DNA of 32,000 nt. Origin: Enterococcus timonensis. GTDB taxonomy: Bacteria > Bacillota > Bacilli > Lactobacillales > Enterococcaceae. The DNA is taken from the NCBI RefSeq assembly GCF_900104595.1, contig NZ_FNVY01000002.1, positions 211,515 to 243,514 on the forward strand, in the 5' to 3' direction. The translations under genes were made by a program, and so were the position numbers. Below, piece by piece: positions 1 to 8,461 of the stretch (its first letter is position 1; every line of letters starts with the position of its first letter). The notes under the pieces were generated by a model. It searched no databases. It was not told the origin of the DNA and saw only the letters and a program-made list of their open reading frames with translations.

Positions 1-825
1 GCCCACTTCAACCGCATCTTCAATCACCGCTAAATAAGGTAAATGATGGGCGTCGGCAAAACTTTTTGAAGCTAGCAAAACCGCAGCTGCACCGTCATTA
101 ATTGTAGAAGCATTGCCAGGGGTGACGGTGCCGGAATTTTTAAAAGCAGGCTTTAAAGTGCTTAACTTTTCTAGCGTCGTTTTCGGACGAATACTTTCAT
201 CTTGGGTGACGATTGTGCCGTTGCTAAGTGTGACCGGAGAAATTTCTGGAGCAAATAAATTTTTCTTTTGCGCAGCGGCGGCTTTTAGTTGTGATTTTAA
301 AGCAAAATTATCTTGCGCTGCCCGCGTTATGCCAAATTTTTCGGCGACATTTTCAGCGGTGAGACCCATATGTTTTTTGGAAAAAGCATCGGTGAGGCCA
401 TCATTGAGTAAAATAGAAATTTCTTGCTCATTATTTTCAGGATTTTTTGATTTAATAGTAGGTGCTTGAGACATATTTTCCACGCCGCCGGCTAAGACGA
501 CTTGCGCTTCATTTAGTTGAATCATCTGGCGGGCTAGCAAAATAGATTTAAGACCAGAGCCACAGACTTGATTAATCGTTGTAGCAACGACATTTTCTTT
601 AAGGCCACTGTTTAAAGCAATTTGCCGAGCAGGGTTTTGTCCGTTACCCGCTTGTAAAACATTGCCAAAATAAACATGTTCAATATATGGTGTTGCCAAT
701 TGATTTTGTTTGATAATTTGTTTAGTGACGCTCACGCCCAAATCCACTGCGCTCATTTCGGCTAAAGATCCGCGAAATTTGCCAATCGGGGTGCGCAAGG
801 CATCTAAAATTACGACTTCGTTCAA
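1..825 (-). CDS. acetyl-CoA acetyltransferase (thiolase), N-terminal 275 codons only; the gene runs off the left edge. It could be the thiolase domain of a fused MvaE-type thiolase/HMG-CoA reductase.
   Basis: It is absent from the ORF track because it has no stop codon in the window. Reverse-strand translation from TTG (823-825), with RBS GGAGGTGG (rc of 831-838), reads LNEVVILDALRTPIGKFRGSL...INQVCGSGLKS...SGTVTPGNASTINDGAAAVLLASKSFADAHHLPYLAVIEDAVEVG. The frame stays open to position 1. These are classic thiolase motifs, including the active-site Cys. The gene is divergent from mvaS. Confidence 0.9.
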   Translation of the reverse strand, partial: MNEVVILDALRTPIGKFRGSLAEMSAVDLGVSVTKQIIKQNQLATPYIEHVYFGNVLQAGNGQNPARQIALNSGLKENVVATTINQVCGSGLKSILLARQMIQLNEAQVVLAGGVENMSQAPTIKSKNPENNEQEISILLNDGLTDAFSKKHMGLTAENVAEKFGITRAAQDNFALKSQLKAAAAQKKNLFAPEISPVTLSNGTIVTQDESIRPKTTLEKLSTLKPAFKNSGTVTPGNASTINDGAAAVLLASKSFADAHHLPYLAVIEDAVEVG

Positions 826-999
826 AAAATCCACCTCCACCACGAAATATAACATGTTTTTGTAAAGCTGCCAAAAAAACATTTACTTCGTGAAAATTTT
901 TTAACAAACTTTTAATTTTACTACTTGTTTCTCGTCTAATGAAAAAAAATATGGTACGTTTATTGAGACATTGAAGAAATCATTTTAAAGGAGTAATTC

Positions 1000-2145
1000 A
1001 TGACACTGGGAATTGATGGAATAAGTTTTTTTGTGCCGCCTTTTTATTTACCATTAACAGATTTAGCACTGGCGCGAAAAGTGGATCCAAATAAATATAC
1101 AATCGGGATCGGCCAAGAAAAAATGGCCGTCGCACCGGTGAGTCAAGATATTATCACTTGGGGTGCCAATGCCGCTAAAGACGTATTAGTCGGAGAAAAT
1201 GTAGAAAATTTGGCGATGGTGATTTTTGCTACAGAATCTAGCCTGGACGAATCAAAAGCCGCTGGCGTTGTGCTTCATAGATTATTAAAGTTGCCAAAAT
1301 TTGTCCGAACTTTGGAAATTAAACAAGCCTGCTACGGTGGCACTGCCGCTTTAATGTTGGCCAAAGATTTTGTCGCTGTACATCCGGGAAAAAAAGTATT
1401 AGTCGTCATGAGCGATCACGCTCGTTACGGATTAAATTCCGGCGGCGAAGTAACGCAAGGAGCCGGCGCAGTGGCACTTCTAGTGAGCGAAAATCCTAAA
1501 ATCCTAGCTATAAACGACGACAGCGTGAGTATGACTGCCGATATTAATGATTTTTATCGGCCGACTGGAGAAAAATTTCCAATTGTCGATGGGCCATTAT
1601 CCAATGCCACTTATATCGAAATGTTTGCCGACTTATGGCAAACTTACCAACAACAAACGGGATTGGATTTTGCAGATTTTTCCGCCCTCGTTTTTCATTT
1701 GCCTTATGCAAAAATGGGCCAAAAAGCTTTACGCCCGCAACTAGAAAATGCGCCTGAAAAAGTACAAACGCAGTTAATGGACAATTATCAATTGAGCACA
1801 CTTTATTGTCGGCAAGTGGGAAATTTATATACGGGGTCATTGTATTTGAGTTTACTTTCATTATTAGAGCAAAGCGAAAATTTGCAAGCCGGTTTGCGCC
1901 TAGGATTTTTTTCATATGGATCAGGTGCGGTGGGGGAATTTTTCTCTGGCGTTTTGCAACCAAATTTTGCTTCGTTTTTAAATCAGGAAAAAGACGCTAA
2001 AATGTTAGCAAATCGACAAGCCATAAGTGTCACTGAATATGAAAAAATGTTTAGTGAACATTTGAGTGAAGAACTGACCTTAAATGATCCAACTCTATTT
2101 TCGGTAGCTGATTTTAACGGGGAAGTTCGGAACTATCGCTCTTAA
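1000..2145 (+). CDS. mvaS: hydroxymethylglutaryl-CoA synthase (mevalonate pathway)
   Basis: The 381-aa ORF follows RBS AAAGGAG. The N-terminus MTLGIDGISFFVPPFYL...IGIGQEKMAVAPVSQDI and the motifs EIKQACYGGTAAL and FFSYGSGAVGEFF are typical of Gram-positive MvaS. A thiolase gene lies next to it. Confidence 0.95.
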   Translation: MTLGIDGISFFVPPFYLPLTDLALARKVDPNKYTIGIGQEKMAVAPVSQDIITWGANAAKDVLVGENVENLAMVIFATESSLDESKAAGVVLHRLLKLPKFVRTLEIKQACYGGTAALMLAKDFVAVHPGKKVLVVMSDHARYGLNSGGEVTQGAGAVALLVSENPKILAINDDSVSMTADINDFYRPTGEKFPIVDGPLSNATYIEMFADLWQTYQQQTGLDFADFSALVFHLPYAKMGQKALRPQLENAPEKVQTQLMDNYQLSTLYCRQVGNLYTGSLYLSLLSLLEQSENLQAGLRLGFFSYGSGAVGEFFSGVLQPNFASFLNQEKDAKMLANRQAISVTEYEKMFSEHLSEELTLNDPTLFSVADFNGEVRNYRS

Positions 2146-2157
2146 AAAAACAAAAAA

Positions 2158-2192
2158 AGGCTGGGACAAAATGAATTGTCCTAGCCTTTTTG
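2158..2192. terminator. bidirectional rho-independent terminator between convergent mvaS and the 2220-2588 gene
   Basis: An 11-bp stem AGGCTGGGACA / TGTCCTAGCCT (one G-U pair) has an 8-nt loop. It is preceded by an A-tract and followed by a T-tract. Confidence 0.75.
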
Positions 2193-2219
2193 TTCAAGAT
2201 TTTTATTCTTTTTATCTTT

Positions 2220-2588
2220 TTATTTCGTGCCGGTAGCTTGGTTTTCAGGTTTTTTGTTTCTTTCTAGCATGGAAACTTTTTTAATTTTAGCTAAGGCTAA
2301 CAGCTGGATCGTATCTTCCTTTTTTAACGGTTTTACTACTACTGTTTCGTCTAATATTTGTTTTTTGCCAATGAAGCCGGCGATGGAAATGAAATTTCTT
2401 TGGTCTTGTTCCACTTGCAAAACCACCAGGCGCCCGCTAGCTTGAGCCTCAAGTAAGCGGTCGTGAATCATTTTTTGATCCCGAGCAACCGGTGTGTCTT
2501 GTAATAAATTGCGCAAAAATTGTTTTGATGAGCGTGAAACGAAGCGTTTGAATTGATGAAAAATAAGTTTCGATTGTTCAGCAGCCAT
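2220..2588 (-). CDS. hypothetical protein, 122 aa; family not recognised (faint resemblance to YolD-like/Sm-like small proteins, unverified)
   Basis: The ORF-track entry 2220-2609 was trimmed to the ATG at 2586-2588, which has a GGAGGAAAAC RBS (rc of 2591-2600). The longer version starts at TTG with no RBS. The protein begins MAAEQSKLIFHQFKRF. Confidence 0.6.
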   Translation of the reverse strand: MAAEQSKLIFHQFKRFVSRSSKQFLRNLLQDTPVARDQKMIHDRLLEAQASGRLVVLQVEQDQRNFISIAGFIGKKQILDETVVVKPLKKEDTIQLLALAKIKKVSMLERNKKPENQATGTK

Positions 2589-2623
2589 CCGTTTTCCTCC
2601 CAAAGACAAAGTTCTTTGGTCCT

Positions 2624-2652
2624 ATTTTACTGAAAAAATAAGATCAACGCAA
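2624..2652 (-). promoter_or_regulatory. candidate sigma-A promoter for the 2220-2588 gene
   Basis: On the - strand: -35 TTGCGT (rc of 2647-2652), a 17-nt spacer, then -10 TAAAAT (rc of 2624-2629). Confidence 0.4.
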
Positions 2653-2659
2653 GAGAACG

Positions 2660-2899
2660 TTAATTTTTTTCGAACCATTGAACGAGTGTTTTTTTCGTTT
2701 CGTCTTTAAATTCTGGTTTAATCATGCTTAATAAACTTGGTAACATCGTGGCGATAACGACTTTGCTGGAGAAATCTTTAGTATTTACCGAGGCGAAAAT
2801 TTTCCCCGATAATTCTTTAGCTTCTTCCATTTTGTCTTCTTTAACCACTTTTGCTAAATATTTCTCGAAAAACTCTTCTTCTTTCATTGTAAATGCCAT
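2660..2899 (-). CDS. hypothetical small protein, 79 aa, predicted helical, K/E-rich
   Basis: The ORF-track entry 2660-2953 was trimmed to the ATG at 2897-2899 (MAFTMKEEEFFEKYLAK...), which has a weak AAGGA RBS. No family was recognised. Confidence 0.5.
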   Translation of the reverse strand: MAFTMKEEEFFEKYLAKVVKEDKMEEAKELSGKIFASVNTKDFSSKVVIATMLPSLLSMIKPEFKDETKKTLVQWFEKN

Positions 2900-3139
2900 G
2901 ATGATGTCCTTTGTCAAAAAAATTTCTGACCGGTAAAAATATGCGCCAGGCAAAAATTTGGTTACCCTTTTGACAATTTTCCTTTCGTAAATTTAATCGT
3001 CGTAACAAACGATTTGTTTAAATTGTGAAAATAACTTGGTGCAAAAAAACATGCTGAAAACAAAATCTGCACATCTAGTACAATTTAATTGTAGCCCTTT
3101 TCGGCAAAAATGTATCATGAAATGATTTGTGCACATTTT

Positions 3140-3148
3140 TGGTATAAT
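3140..3148 (+). promoter_or_regulatory. candidate extended -10 promoter for the patatin/PC4-like operon
   Basis: TGgTATAAT lies at 3140-3148, about 37 nt upstream of the ATG at 3185. No good -35 element is present. The element sits inside the upstream extension of the tracked ORF, which argues against the 3110 start. Confidence 0.4.
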
Positions 3149-3184
3149 AAAGTATGTTGGTCTGAAAATCGGGAGGTGAAAAAG

Positions 3185-4735
3185 ATGCTTTTAAAATTAA
3201 ATCTATCGGACAGTGAAAGAATTGGCGTATTTTTAAATGAAGCCATTTTGCCGGCACCTTTTTTTGCCGATCGTCCAAAAGCTCTCCGGCATGTTTGGCA
3301 AAGTTTATTTTCTGTAAAAGCACGTATTTATGGTTTGTTCACTCAAAATAAACTAACCGCTTTAATGATTTTTAAAAAGCAAACTAACGACTTACATTTA
3401 GAAAATTTATTGTTTTCTCGCTACAGCACCCCTGATAAAAAAAATATACAACAAGCTTTTTTCATGATTGGTCAAAAAGAATTTGTGCAAACAATTTACT
3501 TTGGACTAAGCGAACAATTATTTGGCGCCAAGTTAGCTATTCCTAAAGTAAAAACGGCGCTCGTCTTAGGTGGCGGTGGGGCGCGCGGAGCGTATCAAGT
3601 CGGGGCGATGCAAGCATTTCTTGGAGCTGGATTTACTTTTGATTTAATTTGCGGGACCTCAGTTGGCGGGTTGAACGGCGCTTTGTTTTTAAACGGCGAC
3701 ATCGATCAGGCGATTCAATTATGGGAAACAATTGAAACGGGGAAAATTTTAGCCTTTGAGCAACCGGTAGATTCGGCGCGTTTTAAAAGAGAATTTTTAA
3801 AAACAGCTTTAAGAGAAGCCGGAATTTCGTCAGCCCCTTTAAAAAAATTAATTCTTGACTATTCTAATGTAGATTTGATTCAAAAAAATACTTGCCCATT
3901 GTATATCGTTACTATCCAAGTGCCGAGTTTTAAAGAAGTGGTGGTGGATATGCAAAAAGTGCCGCCGGAAGAATTCGCCGATTGGTTAGTAGCTTCGGCT
4001 TCATTTTTTCCCGGAATGGCAGTGGCCGAAATTGCTGGTGAATTTTATATGGATGGCGGCTATAAAAATAATTTGCCACAAGATGTCGCTGTAGCTCATG
4101 GGGCCAAGCGGCTGGTGTCCATTGATGCAAAAGGCCCGGGGATGATTAAAAAAATTTCTCATCGCCTACCGGAACTAATGGTAAAAAGTCCTTGGGCATT
4201 AGGTGAAGTCTTATCTTTTACCGCCCAAACCGCCCAAGAAAACTTGCAACTAGGTTTTTTAGAAACGCAAAAATTATTACAACAAGCGCAAGGCTATTGG
4301 TATACTTTTACTAACGAAAGTTTGCAACAACAATTAAAATTAAGCCGGCGCTTTTTACAACAAAAAAAAATAAATATTACCCCAGGCATCTATCGCTCGC
4401 TGACGCATTTTTATGGTCAAAATGTTACACCAGCGAATCTCGGCTTGGCCCTTTTAGAAACATTAGGCCGTTTTTGGCAAGTGAGTCCAGCGGTTTTATA
4501 TACGCTGCCGGAATTTTGCCAAAAGTTAAGGCAACAAGCGTTAAAAAATCAGGAAAATCCATTTGTTCCCCGTTTAAAATGGGAAACAAATAATCCATCT
4601 TTACTATTACAACGACGACAATTAACCCGCCATTTCCACGGCGAAAAAAACGTCACGCTCCACCGAGGCGCATTAAAAATTTTTCAACAATTTGTTGAAT
4701 TTTTACAGGAGGAAGAAAATGGCAATCCAATTTGA
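3185..4735 (+). CDS. patatin-like phospholipase family protein, 516 aa, with an unassigned ~125-aa N-terminal domain and a ~200-aa Q-rich helical C-terminal domain
   Basis: The start was moved to the ATG at 3185, behind RBS GGGAGGTG (3171-3178). All patatin hallmarks are present: oxyanion loop GGGGARGAYQVG, nucleophile elbow GTSVGG (GxSxG) and catalytic Asp in MDGGYKNN (DGG). Confidence 0.85.
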   Translation: MLLKLNLSDSERIGVFLNEAILPAPFFADRPKALRHVWQSLFSVKARIYGLFTQNKLTALMIFKKQTNDLHLENLLFSRYSTPDKKNIQQAFFMIGQKEFVQTIYFGLSEQLFGAKLAIPKVKTALVLGGGGARGAYQVGAMQAFLGAGFTFDLICGTSVGGLNGALFLNGDIDQAIQLWETIETGKILAFEQPVDSARFKREFLKTALREAGISSAPLKKLILDYSNVDLIQKNTCPLYIVTIQVPSFKEVVVDMQKVPPEEFADWLVASASFFPGMAVAEIAGEFYMDGGYKNNLPQDVAVAHGAKRLVSIDAKGPGMIKKISHRLPELMVKSPWALGEVLSFTAQTAQENLQLGFLETQKLLQQAQGYWYTFTNESLQQQLKLSRRFLQQKKINITPGIYRSLTHFYGQNVTPANLGLALLETLGRFWQVSPAVLYTLPEFCQKLRQQALKNQENPFVPRLKWETNNPSLLLQRRQLTRHFHGEKNVTLHRGALKIFQQFVEFLQEEENGNPI

Positions 4736-4937
4736 AATTTTAGAAACAATCGGCGTATTATCAAGCAATCAAAAAGGTTGGCAAAAAGAATTGAATTTGG
4801 TGAGTTGGAACGAACGACCGGCCAAATTTGATCTACGGGACTGGTCGGCTGATCATAGTAAAATGGGCAAAGGGATTACTTTAAGCAATGAAGAAGTCGC
4901 AGCGCTTAAAAAATTACTGACGGAAATGGATGTCTAA
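4719..4937 (+). CDS. PC4-like / YdbC-family (DUF2128) putative ssDNA-binding protein, 72 aa
   Basis: The start is the ATG at 4719, with strong RBS AGGAGG (4707-4712). The protein reads MAIQFEILETIGVLSSNQKGWQKELNLVSWNERPAKFDLRDWSADHSKMGKGITLSNEEV. From memory, this matches the pattern of Lactococcus lactis YdbC, a bacterial PC4-fold protein. It overlaps the patatin gene by 17 nt. Confidence 0.75.
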   Translation: MAIQFEILETIGVLSSNQKGWQKELNLVSWNERPAKFDLRDWSADHSKMGKGITLSNEEVAALKKLLTEMDV

Positions 4938-4991
4938 ATGGCTAAAATTATTACCATTTCCTTAGCATTCCGCCAAAAATTGCGAGAAGAC

Positions 4992-5020
4992 TTGAAAAAT
5001 TTCTAAAAAAAGTGCAAAAT
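4992..5020 (+). promoter_or_regulatory. possible promoter for gmk-rpoZ
   Basis: -35 TTGAAA (4992-4997), a 17-nt spacer, then -10 CAAAAT (5015-5020), with TG at 5013-5014. The match is only moderate. Confidence 0.3.
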
Positions 5021-5055
5021 AGGGGTAATCTATAAAATGAGGGGATTTTTCGCAC

Positions 5056-5673
5056 ATGTCTGACAAAGGCTTACTGATTGTTTTATCAGGACCTTCTGGT
5101 GTTGGTAAAGGCACCGTCCGCAAAGCACTTTTTGCTAGCGACCATAATGAATTTCAATATTCCATCTCCATGACGACCCGAAACAAGCGCGAGGGCGAAG
5201 TGGAAGGTGTGGATTATTTTTTTAGGTCTAAAGAAGAATTTGAACAAATGATTGAAAATGGCCGCATGTTAGAACATGCTCAATATGTTGGCAATTATTA
5301 TGGCACGCCACTAGATTATGTGGAAGAAACATTAGCCACTGGAAAAGATGTTTTTTTAGAAATTGAAGTCAAAGGCGCCATGCAAGTTCGGGAAAAAGTT
5401 CCTGATGGCGTGTTTATTTTTTTGACGCCACCTGATTTAGGCGAATTAAAATCGCGAATTGTTGGCCGTGGAACGGATAGTCCAGCGGTGATTGATGAGC
5501 GAATGAATGTTGCTGTTTCAGAAATTGAAATGATGGCTTCATATGATTACGCAGTAGTAAACGATCATGTCGATTCCGCTGTGGATCAGATTCGCGAAAT
5601 TATTCGCGCTGAACATTGCCGCGTTGATCGTGTGATTGGCAAATACATTAAAATGATTAAGGAGATTAACTAA
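5056..5673 (+). CDS. gmk: guanylate kinase
   Basis: The 205-aa ORF has P-loop GPSGVGKGT and the motifs [18 protein letters not shown] and YYGTP. It lies directly upstream of rpoZ, as in other Firmicutes. Confidence 0.95.
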   Translation: MSDKGLLIVLSGPSGVGKGTVRKALFASDHNEFQYSISMTTRNKREGEVEGVDYFFRSKEEFEQMIENGRMLEHAQYVGNYYGTPLDYVEETLATGKDVFLEIEVKGAMQVREKVPDGVFIFLTPPDLGELKSRIVGRGTDSPAVIDERMNVAVSEIEMMASYDYAVVNDHVDSAVDQIREIIRAEHCRVDRVIGKYIKMIKEIN

Positions 5674-5674
5674 T

Positions 5675-5977
5675 ATGATGCTCAAACCTTCTATCGATTC
5701 CCTGTTAGACAAAGTCAATTCCAAATATTCTTTAGTAATTTTATCCAGCAAACGGGCCCACGAACTGGACGCCAAAGCAAAACCAACCTTAGATCATTTT
5801 GAATCTGTAAAAAGTGTCGGACAAGCTTTAGAAGAAATCGACGCCGGGAACGTGATTGCCGATCCCCATCCAGAATTAAAACGCGAACGCATTCGCCAAG
5901 AATCTGAAAAATTAGCAGTCAAAGCAAAAGCTGAACAAGCTGCTATGGCTGAAAAAATTAGTAACGACAAAATGTAA
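5675..5977 (+). CDS. rpoZ: DNA-directed RNA polymerase subunit omega
   Basis: The 100-aa ORF contains [29 protein letters not shown], the omega signature. RBS AAGGAG lies at 5659-5664. The gene immediately follows gmk. Confidence 0.9.
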   Translation: MMLKPSIDSLLDKVNSKYSLVILSSKRAHELDAKAKPTLDHFESVKSVGQALEEIDAGNVIADPHPELKRERIRQESEKLAVKAKAEQAAMAEKISNDKM

Positions 5978-5996
5978 ATTTAAAAAAATAATCGTA

Positions 5997-6034
5997 GGCT
6001 GAGACAAAACCTTTTTGGCGGTCTCAGCCTTTTG
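5997..6034 (+). terminator. rho-independent terminator after rpoZ
   Basis: A perfect 10-bp stem AGGCTGAGAC (5997-6006) / GTCTCAGCCT (6021-6030) is followed by TTT. Confidence 0.7.
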
Positions 6035-6055
6035 AAATAAAAGGAGGAAACGCGG

Positions 6056-8452
6056 TTGCTGGCTGAAATTATTGTAGATGTACCAAGTCTGAATACGGAT
6101 CAACCATTTACTTATGGCGTTTCCGAAAATTTTTCTTTTGTTAAAAAAGGGTGTCGCGTGGTGGTGCCTTTTGGGAAAGGCGATCGCTTAGTGACAGGTT
6201 TTGTGGTAGGTTTAAAAGAAGAAGACGTGAGCGAAGAGTTAAAAATGATTCAAGAAGTCTTAGATTTTGAGCCTGTGTTAAATGACGAGCTACTGGCTTT
6301 AAGTCAATTTATGCAAGAAAAAACTTTTGCTTTTAAAATTACTTGCCTGCAAACGATGCTCCCTAATGCTTTAAAAGCAGATTACGATAAAGAATTTTGG
6401 CCTACTGAACAAATTTCTGCTGAGGAAATGGAAATTTTTCAAGGACAAGAATGTCTTCATTTAAAAGAAGTGAATGAACGGGGACTTTTAAATCAGCTGA
6501 TCAAATGGCGGGACCAAAAAAAAATTGAAATTATTTATCGGGTAGCTCAAAAAAGTCAGCCGAAAACCCAACGTTATGTGAAAAATTTGTTGACTGCAGC
6601 TGAAATCAAAACGCAACAAAATTTGCAACGAAAAAATGCCACGAAACGTCTGGCCTTGCTAGAAGCCTTGCTAGCTGTAAAAGAAGAAGAAGTCTCCACG
6701 CAATTTTTTTATCAACTAGGACTAGACGCTAGCATTTTAAAACAAGGAGCGCAATCAAGCTGGCTTTCTTTTATTGAAAAAGAAGTGTATCGCGATCCAT
6801 TTGCTAATAAAAATTTCCCCCAAACAACGCCGCAAGTTTTAACAGACGAACAACAAGTAGCCTTTACTAAAATTGATGACGCCCGAAAAGAAAAACAAGC
6901 CGAAACTTTTTTATTAGAAGGGATTACCGGCTCTGGTAAAACAGAAGTTTATTTGCAAGTGATTCAAGAAGCTTTAAATAATGGGCAAACAGCATTAATG
7001 TTAGTGCCAGAAATTGCTTTAACACCACAAATGGTGCAACGTTTTAAAGGGCGCTTTGGAAATTTAGTCGCCGTCTTACATAGTGGTCTAGGCCAAGGGG
7101 AGCGTTACGATGAATGGCGCAAAATTCAAAGAGGCGAAGCGAGCGTTGTCGTTGGTGCGCGCTCGGCGGTTTTTGCACCACTAGAAAATCTTGGGGTAAT
7201 TATCATTGATGAAGAACATGAAACAAGTTACAAACAATCCGATACCCCTCGTTATCATGCCAGAGATTTAGCGCAATTTCGCAGTCAATTTCATCATTGC
7301 CCGCTCGTTTTAGGATCAGCCACACCGTCTTTGGAATCGCGGGCCCGAGCACAAAAAAAAGTGTACCAATTATTAACATTAACAAAACGTCCTACCCAAC
7401 AAGCACTTCCGACTGTCGAAATTATTGATTTAAAAGATGAATTTAAAAAGGGCAATTTTTCAACTTTTTCGACGACATTGACAGAAAAAATTCAGCAACG
7501 GCTGAAAAAACGCGAACAAATTGTTTTAATGCTTAATCGCCGCGGATTTTCTTCCTTTGTAATGTGTCGAACGTGTGGTTTTGTTCTTCCTTGTCCAAAT
7601 TGTGATATTTCTTTAACGTTACATATGGATATTAAAAAAATGAAATGTCATTATTGTGGCCATGAAGAGCCGATTCCTAATCGTTGTCCGCAATGCCAAA
7701 GTGAAAAAATTCGCTACTATGGCACTGGCACCCAAAAAGTAGAAACCGAACTGGCAGAACTTTTCCCCGAAGCGAGAATTTTACGGATGGATGTCGATAC
7801 AACTAGAAAAAAAGGCGCTCACGAAAAAATTCTTGCACAATTTGCCGCTCACGAAGCGGATATTTTATTAGGCACGCAAATGATTGCTAAAGGTCTTGAT
7901 TATCCGTTAGTCACTTTAGTTGGCGTATTAAATGCCGATACGGCGTTACATCTGCCGGATTTTAGAGCTAGCGAGCATACTTTTCAATTATTAACGCAAG
8001 TGGCCGGTCGCGCCGGACGGGGAGATTTGCCAGGTGAAGTGGTAATTCAAAGTTTTAATCCGGAACATTATGCGATTCAACTAGCGCAAAAGCAAGATTA
8101 CGAAAATTTTTATCAAAAAGAAATGAACTTGCGCCATCTCGGTGGCTATCCGCCGTATTTTTATACGGTGCAAGTCACCGCTAGTCACAAGGAAGAAGAT
8201 GTGGCTGCCAAAACAATTTTTAATTTTTTTACGTTGTTAAAAGAAAATTTAACAGACCAAGCGATTTTTATCGGTCCAAGTCCCAAAGCTATTTTGCGGG
8301 TCAATAATCAATTTTACTATCAATTATTAATCAAATATAAAAATGAACCAAATTTAGCAGAGTTGTTAAAACAAATTCAAGAAAAAACGCTGGAGCTGGC
8401 CTTTAAAGGTGTGAAAGTCGCCATTGATGTCGAGCCGTTGCAGTTTATGTAA
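6056..8452 (+). CDS. priA: primosomal replication-restart helicase PriA
   Basis: The 798-aa ORF starts at TTG behind AAAGGAGG. It has Walker A GITGSGKTEVY, a DEEH box, and the Cys-rich zinc region CRTCGFVLPCPNCDISLTLH...CHYCGHEE...CPQC. Confidence 0.95.
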   Translation: MLAEIIVDVPSLNTDQPFTYGVSENFSFVKKGCRVVVPFGKGDRLVTGFVVGLKEEDVSEELKMIQEVLDFEPVLNDELLALSQFMQEKTFAFKITCLQTMLPNALKADYDKEFWPTEQISAEEMEIFQGQECLHLKEVNERGLLNQLIKWRDQKKIEIIYRVAQKSQPKTQRYVKNLLTAAEIKTQQNLQRKNATKRLALLEALLAVKEEEVSTQFFYQLGLDASILKQGAQSSWLSFIEKEVYRDPFANKNFPQTTPQVLTDEQQVAFTKIDDARKEKQAETFLLEGITGSGKTEVYLQVIQEALNNGQTALMLVPEIALTPQMVQRFKGRFGNLVAVLHSGLGQGERYDEWRKIQRGEASVVVGARSAVFAPLENLGVIIIDEEHETSYKQSDTPRYHARDLAQFRSQFHHCPLVLGSATPSLESRARAQKKVYQLLTLTKRPTQQALPTVEIIDLKDEFKKGNFSTFSTTLTEKIQQRLKKREQIVLMLNRRGFSSFVMCRTCGFVLPCPNCDISLTLHMDIKKMKCHYCGHEEPIPNRCPQCQSEKIRYYGTGTQKVETELAELFPEARILRMDVDTTRKKGAHEKILAQFAAHEADILLGTQMIAKGLDYPLVTLVGVLNADTALHLPDFRASEHTFQLLTQVAGRAGRGDLPGEVVIQSFNPEHYAIQLAQKQDYENFYQKEMNLRHLGGYPPYFYTVQVTASHKEEDVAAKTIFNFFTLLKENLTDQAIFIGPSPKAILRVNNQFYYQLLIKYKNEPNLAELLKQIQEKTLELAFKGVKVAIDVEPLQFM

Positions 8453-8461
8453 GGAGAAATC

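Noticed and set aside
113-469. 118-aa plus-strand ORF in the track
   Set aside because: It lies entirely antisense to a thiolase reading frame with unmistakable motifs. It has no RBS and a low-complexity A/F/S-rich composition typical of antisense frames.
854-882. Inverted repeat ATGTTTTT-n13-AAAAACAT in the thiolase/mvaS divergent promoter region
   Set aside because: The arms are almost pure A/T and are expected by chance in this composition. No second copy or clear positional relation to a promoter was found.
1544-1963. 139-aa minus-strand ORF and two ~65-aa plus-strand ORFs inside mvaS
   Set aside because: They are embedded in, or out of frame with, a clearly homologous mvaS frame. No independent signals support them.
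3110-3184. Upstream extension of the patatin ORF (start MYHEMICAHF...)
   Set aside because: The ATG at 3110 has no RBS, and the best promoter element (3140-3148) lies inside the extension. The ATG at 3185 has a strong GGGAGGTG RBS.
4362-4370. A9 homopolymer inside the patatin gene, and similar A7-A8 runs elsewhere such as 23211-23218 in smc, as possible phase-variation tracts
   Set aside because: Runs of AAA Lys codons are frequent throughout this AT-rich genome, including in essential genes. All the frames are intact, so nothing points to slipped-strand switching.
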